From positions 34,100,551 to 34,152,155 of the forward strand of contig NC_068989.1 of assembly GCF_001194135.2 (NCBI RefSeq): a stretch of 51,605 nt of DNA. Direction: 5' to 3'. Every line of letters begins with the position of its first letter. The stretch's first letter is position 1. This document shows positions 22,088-36,890 of the stretch, in pieces. The stretch comes from Octopus bimaculoides. Lineage: Eukaryota. The notes beneath the pieces are model-generated. The model made no database searches. It saw nothing but the letters and a program-made list of their open reading frames with translations, and was not told the origin of the DNA. The position numbers and the translations under genes were made by a program.

Positions 22088-25000
22088 TTTATAACATAAA
22101 TATCCTTGTCGCTACTTTTATATCTTGGTGCTGTATGCCACTTTTATGACAGGGTTACACACATATCCATGAAGTGGGGTAGACACCAACTGTCTCCACT
22201 TGATGTATTCCCAAGTACTCTGCCAACAAATGTAAACAATCCAAAACAACTTTCAACGAACTATAACAACTTCTCAACTTTTCCCTGAAACTCCATGAAC
22301 TCATGAATGACACCTTTCGGCTTCCTGTGATTTCTCATCTCTCACTCTCAATCAAACACATGGCTACTTATACAAGTTTGGCTAGTCCATTCTCACAGGG
22401 GTGTCATGATTCTCACCATAAAATCTCCCCTTTTGAGATTTGACTTCTGTAGAAAGTGCAACTTGTTTATTTGATTCTATTCCTTATGTTTCATCATCAC
22501 GTCTCTTTTTTGAGATTTTAATTTCCTCAGAAGTTTTAATACTTCTTTCGCTTAGGGACTATTTCTAGTTATTCTGTTTGTTTTTGTCTGCTACTGCTGA
22601 TCCACCTAGGTTCAACTTCTTTTGGCATTGGAACATCGAACAAGTCATAACAAACTTCCATTGGTATTTCTTCTCTGTCTTTGGTATGTCTAGTCTTCAA
22701 ATGGTTCAAATATCATTTGATAACATATCTCTCACAGAAATTTTTAAATTCGTACCCCAAAAACTGTGTTCTGTTATCTGACACCATGGTGTCTGAGACA
22801 CCATATCATGCAAAAAGTTCATGAAGGAATCTTATTTTTACTTTCAAGGCTGGTTGACTGCATTTACATATCTTCAGCCACTTGGTATAGCTGTCTACTA
22901 TGATCGGATGATATGCACCATTTACTAGCCCAGCAAAATTGATATGTAGCCTGGACCACGGACTGTCTGTCTTAGGCCACAATTGGAATTTCACCAGTGG
23001 TGACTTTGCTGCAAGAGCACATCCTCTGCAGGATTTCACCAATTGTTCAATATCACAGTCCATAGTAGGTTAATACATGTAACTTCTCATTACTGATTTC
23101 ATTCTTGAAATCCCTGGGTGTCCCATATGAAATTCACTTAGTACATGCTTTTGTAGTGCAGCTGACACTACAACTCTTTATGTGTACATCAACACATTAT
23201 CACACAGAGAAAAATGGTTCACATTTGTGTTATGTATATTTTTATTTTCTTTTATCTTCAATGTTTCTTTCATCTTTGCAATGAATTTGTCATTCTCTGA
23301 TTTTAATTTTATATCTTGAACAGTTACTGACAACTCCTGAATGGTGCTACACAAAATGTTTTTATTTCATTTTCTGCTCGCAATACAGCAATCACAGTAT
23401 CTTTGAATAGTTCCGCAGTTTTTTGAATTAGCCTTGATAAACAAGCCACGTGACCTAATCTCTTGGATGGTATATATCCCATCATAATTCAGAAAAATCA
23501 TATCCCAATATTGTAACCTATTTGTGACACAAAAATTGATAATGGTCAATGATCAGTTTGTAGCCAAAAACTTCTGTGCAAAAATCTGTGAAATAAGAGT
23601 TAGGCAAAAATGATCGCTAGAGTTTCTTTCTGTATTTGACTTTAGTTTTTCTCTGCCACTATCAGAGTACATAAGGCATGAACTACCGCCTTCATATTAC
23701 TGTCTTTATGCTTGTGTAGTATTACTGCTTCTATGCCGTATTCAGAAGCTACAACAATCTCCACTGCAGGATCGAAATGAGCTAGCGACAAATCCAATAT
23801 TAATATTTTTTTTATATCATCAAACACCTTTTCACAATTATTTGACCAATTCCACTTCACATCTTTTTTTTAGCAAATTATTTAGTGGAGCTCTCAATTC
23901 ATGCATATTTGGTATATAATTTTGATAATAATTCATTAGCCCTACAAAAACTTGTAAGGTCGTTATATTAGTCACAGGAGGCATATTTTTAATTGGGTCT
24001 GCCCTTGACGGGTTCGGTTGTCATCCATTCCTGTTAATTAATTTGTCCTAAATATTTAATTTTAGGTAAGAAAAATTGACATTTTTCCTCACTCAGTGTG
24101 AAACCATAATCCCTTATTTTTTCAACCCCTTATTTTTACATGCCCAACATGCTGATCACGAAAGTCATTTTTAATTAATAAATCATCCAGGTATGAAATT
24201 GCGAATTCACTGTTCGCTAACATTGCATCCATAACCTATTGAAAAATTGCAGGTGCGACCTTTAGACCAAATGGTAATCTGTCATATTTATATAGTCCTT
24301 TATGCTTATTCACTGTTAGGTATTTTGAACATTCCTTGTCTACTCTAATTTGTAGGTACGCATCGGAGAGATCCAGTTTTGAAAATATCTTGTCCCCACT
24401 TAACTTCTCAAAAATATCCTCTGGAGTGGGTAGCAGATAGTGACACATTTTCAGACATTTATTCAAGCCAATAGAAAAATCAGCACACACCCTGATTTTG
24501 TTATTCTTTTTTTAATATGCACCATTGGAGCTGCCCATTTTGCATATTCTACTTTTTAGATGACTCCAATTTTCCCTAATCTATCTAATTCTTCATTGAC
24601 ATGTTTTATCGGAGCAAAAGGTTTTTGGTTTGAAAACTGGTATTGCATTTTCCTTAATTTGGAAACATGCCTCAGTCTTAGTAGGCAAACCTAATTTATC
24701 CAACAACATTTCAGGAAAAGCATTTTTTAATTTTTTCTTCAATTCATCTGATGCTTTATTCTTGCTGGAGGAAGAATCATTTATATTTTTACAGAACAGA
24801 TTTACGAGGAGGTCCCATAAATCAAACAACTCCATCCAGTCAGTACTGAACAGATTTGCTGCATTTTTTAACACCAACACTTTTGCTTTACAGGTTTTAC
24901 CATGAACTGTAATGTCACCTACCATTTTACCTAAGTTTATTCTTTCACCTGTGATGCCTTGTGCACATTTCCATGTTTTCTTTAATGTAGGTTTCCCAAT

Positions 25001-26466
25001 TTTTTTCCATGTGCTGGTATCAATAATTGTAATGTCACTACCTGTGTCTAGTTGTAGTTCCATGTTCACATCGTTTATTTTTACATACTCATACTTTCTT
25101 TTTTGGGTGTTATCAAGACTTTCTGTTGAGCAGACTTTTTTAGAAGAATTTTTTATTCCGATCTTTTTTGCTTCGCTATGCAATGGGAGCTTTTTTTTTT
25201 TTTTTTGACAACTAAAACATTTCTGAGTTCTAAATGGACAGTCTTTCTTAAAATGCAGACCTCCACACCCATAGCATGGATTAGGTCGTAACATTCTTTT
25301 TTCCTTATTTATTTTCAGTCGACATGTCTGTATTTGAGAGAAATTTTTTCCTTCAATTTTCTTTACGTCCTGTCACAAGTTGATAATTCTTTGGCATCCC
25401 TTTACTACTGCCAGCAGGGTTAAATTCTAGTCCTCCTGTTCTAGTTTTGTAAGAATCCGTGCACATATTTTTGTATCTTTGTTTGCTGTCACACCTTGCA
25501 CAAAAGATGAGGCATTTAAATATGTCCGGAGATAATTTCTTCAGTTTAAATTTTTTGCATATTTTATTTACGATTCCAGCATAACTAACAAAACCTTTGT
25601 CCTCTTCTTTTACTAAGTTCGAACACTCCCAGCAAGTGTTAAACAAGGAACTCTCATTGCTGAACATTTTGGATGACAATTCAATTGTTTCCTCAAAACA
25701 AAAATTCCCCTTGTTTTTTTTTGTTTTTTTTAGGCAAGATAAAATTGCAGTATTTTCATATTCTGAAGGACCTAGTTTCTGTAACAGTAGTCTCACATTT
25801 TCATCATCTGTCCAACACTTGCATTTTTCCTTGAAGATTTCTTCATATCTTTTGAAGTGCATCAAAAAAAGTTATACCCTCTTCTGGGTTACAACTAAAT
25901 TCAGTTATAGCATTTGCTACGCCATCTGTCGAAAATGAACTTGCGGTGTTTCCTGACTTCAACATTAGTTCCAGCAACTGACTGTATTGTATTTGTTGGT
26001 GCAACTCCTGTTGCTGCTATTGCTGTTGCTTTTGCAAATGTAATATGTCAGCTAATAGGTCTTCTATAATTAATGAATATTTTGTATCATAAAAAATTGT
26101 TTATGACCAACATAAACTTTGAATCACTCAATGCCACTTTTATAACATAAATATCCTTGTTACCACTTTTATAACATGGACTTCTGACAGGGTTATACTC
26201 ATATCCACTAGGTGGGGTAGACACCAACTGTGTCCACTTGATGTATTCCCAAATACTCTGGCAACTAATATAATCGATTCAAAACAACTCTCAACGAACT
26301 ATAACAACTTCTCAACTTTTCCCTGCAACTCCATGAACTCATGAATGGCACCTTTTGACTTACTGTGATTTCTCATCTCTCACTCTCAGTCATACACACT
26401 GCTACTTATACAAGTTTGCCTAGTTCATTCTCACAGGTGGGGGTCATCGTGATTCTCGCCATAACG
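22088..26466 (-). mobile_element. Gypsy LTR retrotransposon, both LTRs present, decayed gag-pol
   Basis: Direct repeats at 22088-22423 and 26138-26466. PBS-like TGGCA at 26136-26132; PPT AAAAGGGGAGA at 22434-22424. Gag (25353-25865), CCHC knuckle CYGCGGLHFKKDC, protease LQLDTGSDIT, RT FSKLDLSDAYLQI..LPFGLKVAPAIFQ, RNase H and integrase in Gypsy order. Confidence 0.93.
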
Positions 26467-26514
26467 ATATCAATTATATTTCGTAATTTTTTATATTCTT
26501 TTCAATCATCATAT

Positions 26515-26790
26515 TTTTTTATTCTTTTTGCTTGATAATTTTGTAGTATCCTTGGAATCGACCTACTTTACATCAAGCCTTAACTCAGTCAGGGTTGACC
26601 TGGGGCTAAACATCAGCAAGAGAGCCTCTACATAGTCACTTCAATCTGCTAGTAATAGTTATCAGACTTCTCTCAAATTACATGTTTCAGTTTGTAAAAA
26701 TTGAGGTGATTGGATCCTGATTATACAATTCCAGAGAGAATGACAGGATGGTTTTGGTAGAAATAGCTTTGTTCATAGGTCTACTATGTC
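26515..26790 (-). repeat. Interspersed repeat fragment
   Basis: Shares motifs in reverse orientation with 9460-9580. Confidence 0.4.
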
Positions 26791-27089
26791 AGGTTGGAGC
26801 AAAACAATGAAAAATGATGTTTCAAGAGAGAAAAGATTGTTATCTTTCACTATTCTGTAGTTTAACATATATAACCCTACACAATGTGAAGGTGAGGCTG
26901 TGGTTAGTAAATATGTAGACTTCACTTACATGTGTATGATGTAATTTTAAAATCAAAATGAAAAGTAAAGTTCAGTCATTCAGAAATGTTCAGATCTACA
27001 GTTTATAGATAAAATGTAAAATTTCCATTGTCAAATCTCTGCTTTCTAAATATATTCTGCATCTTATATTGTTTCTATATTTCAGATGA

Positions 27090-27530
27090 AACTAACTCTC
27101 TGAACTTAGCCCGGCCTGTTCTTATTCTTGCAATTATGCTTTCAGAGCTTCCTCCTCCACTTCTAACTTGGTTTCCTAGGTAACAGAAACTATCTACTAA
27201 TTCTAAGATCTCCCTGGACATTTGAGACATTTGAGGAAGTTCATTTTCTGCACATTCTTGGTGTTTAATGTACCTGCACATCTGCCACACACAAAGACTA
27301 CTTTCTCTGTTAACTTTCCTGTGATACTACTGCATCTCTTATGTGTCCATAGCTTGCACTAGGTACACCATATGGAGTTTCTACCAACACCTTTTCAACA
27401 TATTGAGCAGGACTATCACCCTGAAAAGATCTCTAAGTTGTCAGTATCCTTACATAAAAAGACTTGGGTCTTTGCTAAATAGACTTTGGTACTGTTTTAA
27501 ATCTTCTCCAGAAATCAACAAGGATCACAG
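27090..27530 (-). mobile_element. RTE RT C-terminal fragment
   Basis: LELVDSFCYLGNQVRSGGGSSESIIARIRTGRAKFREL and VYLAKTQVF on the minus strand. Confidence 0.8.
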
Positions 27531-28416
27531 TTGGATCAACAATGAAAACAGATGGGAATATAGTAGTAGAAATATTTCCATCAATATAGTAGTATATAAA
27601 AATAAAAAGAAGAAAAATATCTATGTATTGTGGTGAAAGAAGATAAAAGAATTATGTGAGAAACTTGAAGGATATTTTTTTTCTGAAGCAATGCCAAGGG
27701 AGAATGAGAAAATCATCTTATCACTGTGATATCTATAAAAAACCTTTCTCAGTAAAATGTAACTTAACTACACACAAATGCATTTATACAAGGCAGAAAC
27801 AATTTGTAGCAAATCATTCTCTGTGGGAAATCACTTAATTAGGCACAAATGCATACAGGAGAAAAACTTTATCACTCTGATATCTGAAGAAAATCATTTT
27901 CTGAAAATGATGAATTAACTAAGCACAAACATAGTGAAGCAGGAGAGAAGCCATAGCAATGTGATATCTGTGATAGATCATACTCTTGAAATGATGATTT
28001 ACTTGTTCATAAATGCATTCAAACAGGAGAGAACCCATATCATTGTGATATCTGTGATAAATCATTTTCTCATAAGAATAGCTTAATACAAACATATTTA
28101 TACTGGAGAGAAACCTTATCTCTGTGACGTGTGGTAAACTATTCACTGCAAGAAGTAGCTTATGTATTCACAAATATATTTGTATAGGAGAAAGTCCATA
28201 TCACTGTGATATATGTAGTAAGCCATTCTCTTAGGGAAATAGCTTAAGTAAACATAAACGTTTTCATAGAAAATCCATATCATTGTGATGTTTTGTGGTG
28301 ACTCATTTTCTGCTGGAAGTACTTTAATTACTCACAACTAGATTCATACTGGAGAAAAACCATATCACTGTGATACCTTTGATGATTCATTCTTTGTAAT
28401 GAAATGAGATCACTGA

Positions 28417-29720
<1,304 letters not shown>

Positions 29721-29722
29721 TA

Positions 29723-30957
29723 TGAGGGTGGGTTGAAAAGTTCATAGGCTGATTATGAGGGAGTGATGTTAGAAAGCTTGCAGGCATTCATTTCAACTCT
29801 ACATATTCATAACTGCATTGTTTCCTTTCTGGTAAACTGAGATCTGACTGTTCAAAGAAGACTTCAAAAGTAGCTAGTAGCAACTTCTCTTGAAAATAGA
29901 CAAAATTTGGCATCATGGAGTTGTCAAGTACCTTCAGAAAATGGCTTTATCCACCAAGGATGTTCATGCTGACATAATGGCGACATTACAGGATGATGCT
30001 CCAGCTTTAGTTGGCAGCTTAATTTAGAAGGGGAAGGGAGACTCTTGAAGATGACCCAATGTCTGGACGTCCTACAACTGCCACCACAGAGGAAAACATT
30101 GATTGTGTTCACCACATGTTGATGGATGACAGGCAATTGACTATAAATCAAATAGCCAATATTATTAGCATATCTCATAGGAGAGTTGAGAATATTTTGC
30201 ACAATGAACTTGGTATGATGAAGGTTTATGCTTGATGAGTGCCACGTCTTCTGACACCAAGCTGATCAGATGACAGGATAATCTGACATTGAGGTAGATC
30301 TAACTGGTCTCTTTGAATGTTTCCAATCCCATGATGAGTGTTAAGTTCATCACTTTGTGCCAGAGATAAAGAGAAAAGACACAATCCATGCAGTGGAAAC
30401 CTCCCTCCTCACCTGCTTGAAAGAAAACCAAGGTCATTTCATCTGTAGGGAAGGTGATGGCCTCAGTTATTTGGTATGCAAAAGGCATTGTGTTTATTAA
30501 CTATTCTTCAAAAGGGCCACATCATTAATGGAGAATTGTATGCCAACTTGCTGAAGCAGTTACAAAATGTCCAGGAAAACTAACGATAGGGGTCTTCCTT
30601 TTGACTCCAGCACATGTCTTTGGTTTCAATGGCTGCTATGCATGACTGTGCCTTTGGACTAGTTCATCACCATTCCTATTCTCCTGATTTGACTCCATCT
30701 GTCTTTCAGATGGGACCAAATCAGGAAAAACACTTGGCTGGGAACCAGTATCACAGTGATGATGAAGTCACCTCTGTTGTTGATGATATTTTTGCCCAAC
30801 AGGATGAAAGTTTCTTCACTAATGGGATCCAAGCACTGCAACACCAATGGATGAAGTGTGTGGACTGCAAGTGGGGACTATGTTGAAAAATAAACCTCAT
30901 TTGATCACATTTTATGAGAATATTTTGGTCAGCCTATTAACTTTTTAGCCACTTCTA
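29723..30957 (+). mobile_element. Full-length decayed mariner
   Basis: TIR TGAGGGTGGGTTGAAAAGTTCATAGGCTGA and a decayed inverted copy at ~30929-30957, TA flanks. KIWHHGVVKYLQK, SGRPTTA, HHSYSPDLTPS and VDCKWG transposase motifs. Confidence 0.88.
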
Positions 30958-32129
30958 TACACAACTGTACCCATACAGGAAAGAAGTCATAGCACTGTGA
31001 TACATCATTCTCTGAAAGTAGCAATCTTCTTTCTCAGAAATGTATTTATATGGGAAAGAAACCATATTACTGTGATGTCTATTGGTTAATCATTTTCTCA
31101 AAATGGTATCTTAACTACTTATAAATATATTCATACAGAGGAGTAACCATATCATTGTGGTACTTGTGGTAAATCATTCTCTGAGTTGAACTAAGTAAAC
31201 AGATACATTTATACAGGAGAGAAGCCATATAACTGTAATATCTGTGGTAAATCATTTTCCCAAAGTGTATGTATACTCACAGATGTATACATACAGGAGA
31301 GTAACCATATCATTGTGATATCTGTGGTAAACCATTCTCTCAAAATAGTGAATTAACTAAACATAAATACATTCAAATGTAGAAAAAGCCATACCACTCT
31401 CATATCAGTGATAAATTGTTCACTCAAAGAAGTGAATTAATTAAACATAAATGCATTCATACAGGAGTGAAGCCTTACCCTTATGATATCTTTGGTAATA
31501 CATTCTCTGGAAGTTGTGATTTAATTGAACACTAGCAAGTTCATACAGGATAAAAACCATACCACTGTGATAAATCATTCTCTGATGGAAATATCTCGAC
31601 TGTACACAAATACATTCATACAGGAGAAAAGCCATATTTGGTATAAATCATTTTCTGTAAGATGCAGCTTAACTAAACTGACACATTTATGCACAAGAGA
31701 AGCCATATCTTTGTGATATCTGTTGTGAATCATTCTCTCAGACAAATACTTTAACTGCTCACAAACACATTCATACAGGGGAGAACCAAATCACTGATAA
31801 ATGTGGTAAATTATTCTCTTTAAGAAGTCCTTCAACTTTTAATTTAAGTATTCGTACAGAAGAGTAACTGCATTCATGTCAAAATTTAAATCATTATAAA
31901 TATAGTGTTGCAAGTGTGTTGATTAATTTTTTCATTTTTTTCACTGTTATATCTAATTTTATGAATATTGATAGTTTCTTATTGGATAATCTAGTGATTT
32001 TATCAACACACAGTAGACATACCCCACATGGGACTATCAATATTCAGAGATATCAATATTGTTACTTTCCTAATGAGAAAAAAATTAATTTGATCAACAA
32101 AAATCAAGAAGTTTATGTATCTACTGTAT

Positions 32130-33230
32130 TTACAAGTTGTTTGGGCAAAATTTGACAGTCTACATAAAAAGAAAAGAAAACATAATATCTTATCCAAAAA
32201 TAAAAGTATTGTTAAAAAATCAAAAACTATCAACTAGGTTATGGTTGGGAGATAACAGTTTACTCAAAGTAGCCATACTCAGCTTCTACCATGGCTTCAA
32301 GATGGCTCTGAAATCAGGTGCATGCATTCCTCACTGTATCTCTGGGAAAATCTTTAAACACCTCCTTGATCTTGGCTACCGGCTTGGCTTTGGTGTTGCA
32401 GGCTGAGTAGTTGGTGCCTTTCTTGACCATGGCCTGCACACAGTAATCCATGAGATTACAACCAGAGGAATTAGGAAGCCAGAAATTGGGGCTGGTGAAG
32501 TTGTACAAATTCTCCAATAACCACTTCTGACTCTTTCTGGAGATATGGCAAGAAACTGAATCCTACATATGGCCTTCCAGCAGCAATCTTCTCCAGCCAG
32601 AGTTTGACCACAATCTCTAGCAGCTTCAAAGAGCTGTCTGAATGGAGCCCAAGGCCCAGTTCAAAGGTGTCGGATAGTATGATGTCACACTCAAGAGACA
32701 CATCTAAAGACCATCATACTTTGGGGTAACTTGGTTTTCATGGTATGTGAGACATCAAATAGGTTTCAGGCAAGACACCTGTTGTTCTAGGTGTTGTGCA
32801 ACTGGTCCTGACAGAAGTTCTTTTAACTTGAGATAAATCATATTATCCCTGGCTCAAAAGAAAGTCTCAGATTGTTCAGGAGCTTCTTTACCTTTGTCAA
32901 ATGGTTTTACTTTGATCTTGGCTGGCAGAATTTGTCCTTTGTGCCTCATGTATGAATTATAGTGAAGGTCTTCATTTAGGGCCATCTTTATAGTGGTGAC
33001 TCCAACAACCATCTTTCTCACCAAAGCATGGATTCTCTTGCTCAGATCTTCCATCACCTTGTCCTGCAATTGTTGGACAAGTTCTGGCATGCAGATGCAC
33101 TCAGAACATCAGCTGCATCCCTTCCAGCTGGCCACTGTTTCATAGTCTCTATTGTAGCTGTCCTTGTCACATCTTAGAGCCTTTTCAGTGTTCACAGAGC
33201 ATGAATCATCAGGTAAGTCTTTGAAAAAAT
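32130..33230 (-). mobile_element. Decayed Tc1/mariner-superfamily element (maT/DD37D-like)
   Basis: Minus: LVQQLQDKV..IHALVRKM, LLEIVVKLWLEKIAAGRPYV, SPNFWLPNSSGCNLMDY (SPDCNPLDY-like), NACTRF..EYGYFE*. TIRs not resolved. Confidence 0.75.
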
Positions 33231-33489
33231 GCACTCAGTATTCTCTGTTATGTAGCTGCTTTTAAGAAGGGCACAGAAATAAACACAGAAACCACAGAAA
33301 TAAACACATTGAAGCAAAGCATGGTTGTTTGACCTGTTGAACCATCCTACCCCTGCCAACATGGAAAGTGAATGTAAAATGATGAAGGTGGTTCAAGCAT
33401 ATCCTTTTCCTTTTATTTTCTAGATACGGAGTAAGGAACCCCATGATATTTATAGGTCCTCTGAGACAGATTGATTTTTTTCCTATGCT

Positions 33490-34030
33490 TTTTTAAAATT
33501 GTTACACATTGACATCTACAGAAAAGACATTTGGCAATTTTTTTCCACTCTATCAACCTCTTTACATTGCATGCATGCACCAAATGCAAAATTATTTCTG
33601 GTTACTTCAAATAAAAAAATTCTACCAGCTTTGACAATGCCCCTTGTTACCTTCAAACAATACAACCCAAAACTTGCTTCTCTACTCACCAAACTCTTCA
33701 ATCTCTCATTCACTGTAGACATGTACTCTCATATTTGGAAACATGCTACAGTGTATCCTATTCTCAAGAAAGAGAACCTCACTGACCCTGCTAATTATCA
33801 TTACACTTTCTTCTAATATCTCAAAGGTAACAGAATCAACCAGTAACAGTTATGTTCTCCAAAACATTAAAACTCTCCTCTTCCTTAATGACCACCAGTA
33901 TGACTTACATAGAGCAAGATCCATTAGTGGCTCACTCTCTTTTATTGACCACCTTTGGGCTTTCAACTTATACAAATTAAGTGAAAGCAATGTTCTAAAC
34001 ATCAGTAAAGTTTTTGCATTTGATAGTATT
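33490..34030 (+). mobile_element. CR1/L2-like LINE RT N-terminal remnant
   Basis: KLASLLTKLFNLS..WKHATVYPILKKENLTDPANY..ISKV..LNISKVFAFD. Confidence 0.7.
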
Positions 34031-34620
34031 GGGTTATTGTGATGAGGTAGTGGTCTGATAATCTGCAGGCAGTTATGGTTTGTTAGAGTTTTACAGTGAG
34101 AAAGAGGACAAGTATTAGGGTGTCTGTGTACTAATTGGGAATGTGAGCAGGGGTTGAAACATGTTGATGTAGAAAGTTGAAAATAGCAAAAGGTTTGGGT
34201 ACTGCACAGGCAGCATCAGTATGGGATGGGCATAAATGCCACAAGGAGTTATGAGCATTGAAGCCATCAAGTGTGCTGACTTATGGGTCAAGTGAAATAA
34301 GATATATGCTCTCAATGAGGCAAGAGATGCTGGAGTTTTGTGGAGTTTGGAGAGCAGTAGAGGGAGCAGATGTATTTGAGAAAGTGACGGCAGGAGAATT
34401 TAAGCCAGAGTAATTGGAAACCCATACTGAAATCTGGAAGAATTGTATCTATGTATGTGCATGCACTACTTTTTGAAGTGAAGTTTGATTAGAGAATGCA
34501 GCCTGACAGTGGAGTACAGATGTTGAGAAAGTTAAGTCTCGGGGAAAAGGAATTGGAAGTCAAGCATTTCCTGCATGTCACTAAATGGCACTAAATGGCA
34601 GATAGAAATAACATGCACAA
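34030..34620 (-). mobile_element. CR1/L2-like APE endonuclease remnant
   Basis: Minus: WLKFSCRHFLKYICSLYCSPNS, GFNAHNSLW, TPAHIPN..TPNTC, LSDHYLI. Confidence 0.6.
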
Positions 34621-34759
34621 AATGATATCGTTCACCAAAACTTGTGGCGATGGTTGCAGTGTTGAAAGTACAAGGTCTTTATTACAATGATAACAGGACA
34701 AACCACAGCTTTGCTTGATGTGTATAATGGTTGCTTCTAATTGGCTAAAATTTCTAAAA

Positions 34760-36890
34760 ATTTGCGAAATTTAAAAGCTACTAACTTTTTATTTATTAAT
34801 TTATTATAATACAATACTAAATCGGTAATGGGGCGGGGCAAAATGAGTAATTCTTGATTTTGTATTATTTTCTCTTTATTTATTTGTAACCATTACATTG
34901 CAAGTATTGCATCATCATTTTGTACTGTCACATCATTGTTGGGAGTAAAAATTGATCAGGATACTTATTGTTGTTGAAGTTGAAACAGTTTCAAATATAG
35001 ACAGGAGACAGGTACTTTTTTTTCAAGAAATTTTTCCTCAACTTTGACCCAATTGTAATTAAGGTTGCTAATAAAATTATAATTTTTGGTGCTCATCCAT
35101 CAATATTCTTTTCTCTGTTGGGTTCCAAATCAATCTTTTCCCACACTAATGTCTAATTTGATAATTTTCAAATTTCAATAAGTGATGATTAAACTGAGGC
35201 AAAGTGAGTAATGACTAATTTCAATCATTTCTTCTCTTTAACTGCATGGTGTGTAAGTATATTGTGAAGAGAGGCACTCCAGCAGATTGTGAGGAAGCTA
35301 TAGAGAATATTTTAAGTCAAATTTTTGGGATTTAGTCGAGTTTGGTTAGTTTCATATCATGTGCCATTTATCCATGATCCTCTTTCATCTGACCAGGATA
35401 TTTAAAATTTTTATGACATTTCTGATATCTAAGGATGGATATTGGTGGGTATGAACCTTTTTTTAAATGTAATTCTGGAGAATTGAAGAGGCAAATTTGC
35501 CTTATTTTGTCTTATTCATTTTGCTCCAGCCAAATTTGTGTTTCATACGCTCAAAGAGAACAGTGATAATTTTCCGAAATAATGTTCTGAATATGTTATA
35601 GTGCTTTTGATGCACTAAGAGAAGGTCATTTGTTTAGTTGATATAGTTTTTGTAAGGTAGTGAGCATTTGTGAAAAATATATTTTTCGTCAAAGTCAAAA
35701 ATGCAGTAAATCTTACTCATTGTACCCCACCCACCTATATAGGAAGAAAGCAAACTTAAGATACATACACCCAGCAATGATTTATAAAAGATATCAATGT
35801 GTCTTTAATACTTACAGAAATATTTTACGAAAACTATTAAAGTCTTTTCTGTTTGGCTCACACTTTTTGAAAGTTTAAAATTAAGTGAATTTTTTCAAAT
35901 TTGGTATATTGATGTAATTTTTCATGCTGAATCTGATGTTATTTACTTTAGAAAAAATGTTACAGAGGTTTAAAGTTTGATTATTTTTACTCAATCAGAA
36001 AACAAGATTTGGAAAACTGGCATTTTCTTCATAATAACTGTCTATGTCAATATGAGACAAAACATAACAATGATGGAAGTTTTAATAAGTTTCAATGAAT
36101 AAAGTTGTGTAAAATGTTGGCATGCAAACAATATAAAATGGAAAAAAATCCTCCATGAGGTAGTGACAGCACAACAAAAGGGTAAAGTGCATGTGGTTAG
36201 AAAGCAGACTATATGTTGGTTTGTTACTATGGAAACAGTCACCAATATATCTGTAGTTTTCGAATTGCTTAAGCAGATTATGCCTTGGCTTGTTATTACA
36301 GATACAACCACCAATAACCCAAATTTGCAAACTTTAAAAGCTTTTAACTCTATATCTATTAATTTATGGCAAAAATGAATTTCATTTCCATAATTAACAT
36401 ACAAAACTACATCAGTACACCAAATTTGAAATCAATTGGAAGAAAATTAAAGGAATTGAAAAGTATGAGCCAAGCAGAAAAGATCCTAAAAAGTTAATAG
36501 CTTTTAACACATAAAGCGTGATGAGCCACGATCGTGACCGTCAGGCACAGGTTGACCGGCCACGATCGTGGCCCAGATAGATGCATTTAATTTATGGGAG
36601 TTTGTTGGGGTCTAATGTCTCACTCAAACTATTTTTTGTTTTTATGTGTGCATGGTAGTCTCATTTTCATAAAATGTGCTCAGCAGTCTATGCTATGTAA
36701 GTGCAAATCTAAGCGCTTTATGGGTTAAAGTTTGCAAATCCTATTTTCTGATTTTAAATCAAACTTTAAATCTCTAACATTTTGCTAATTTTTTTCTGGA
36801 ACAAGCGAATAACAATATCAGATTCAGCGTTAAAAAATTATACCAATAAACCAAATTTGAAAAATTTCTCTTAATTTTAAAATTTCAGAA
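34760..36890. mobile_element. Old AT-rich DNA-transposon remnant with internal inverted repeats
   Basis: 35860-36020 is inverted relative to 36730-36890. Motif TTTGC(A/G)AA(C/A)TTTAAAAGCT recurs at ~34765, ~36323 and, inverted, across 36490/36740. A weak hAT-like IFSIASSQS lies on minus near 35290. Confidence 0.5.
36508..36724 (+). mobile_element. piggyBac-like MITE (217 bp)
   Basis: TTAA at 36504-36507 and 36725-36728; ends CACATAAAGCG and CGCTTTATGGG; subterminal CCACGATCGTG repeats. Confidence 0.85.

Noticed and set aside
30949-30954. CCACTT as the right TIR of the hAT element
   Set aside because: It falls inside the mariner right TIR, which explains it more simply, and similarity to the hAT left end stops after 5 nt.
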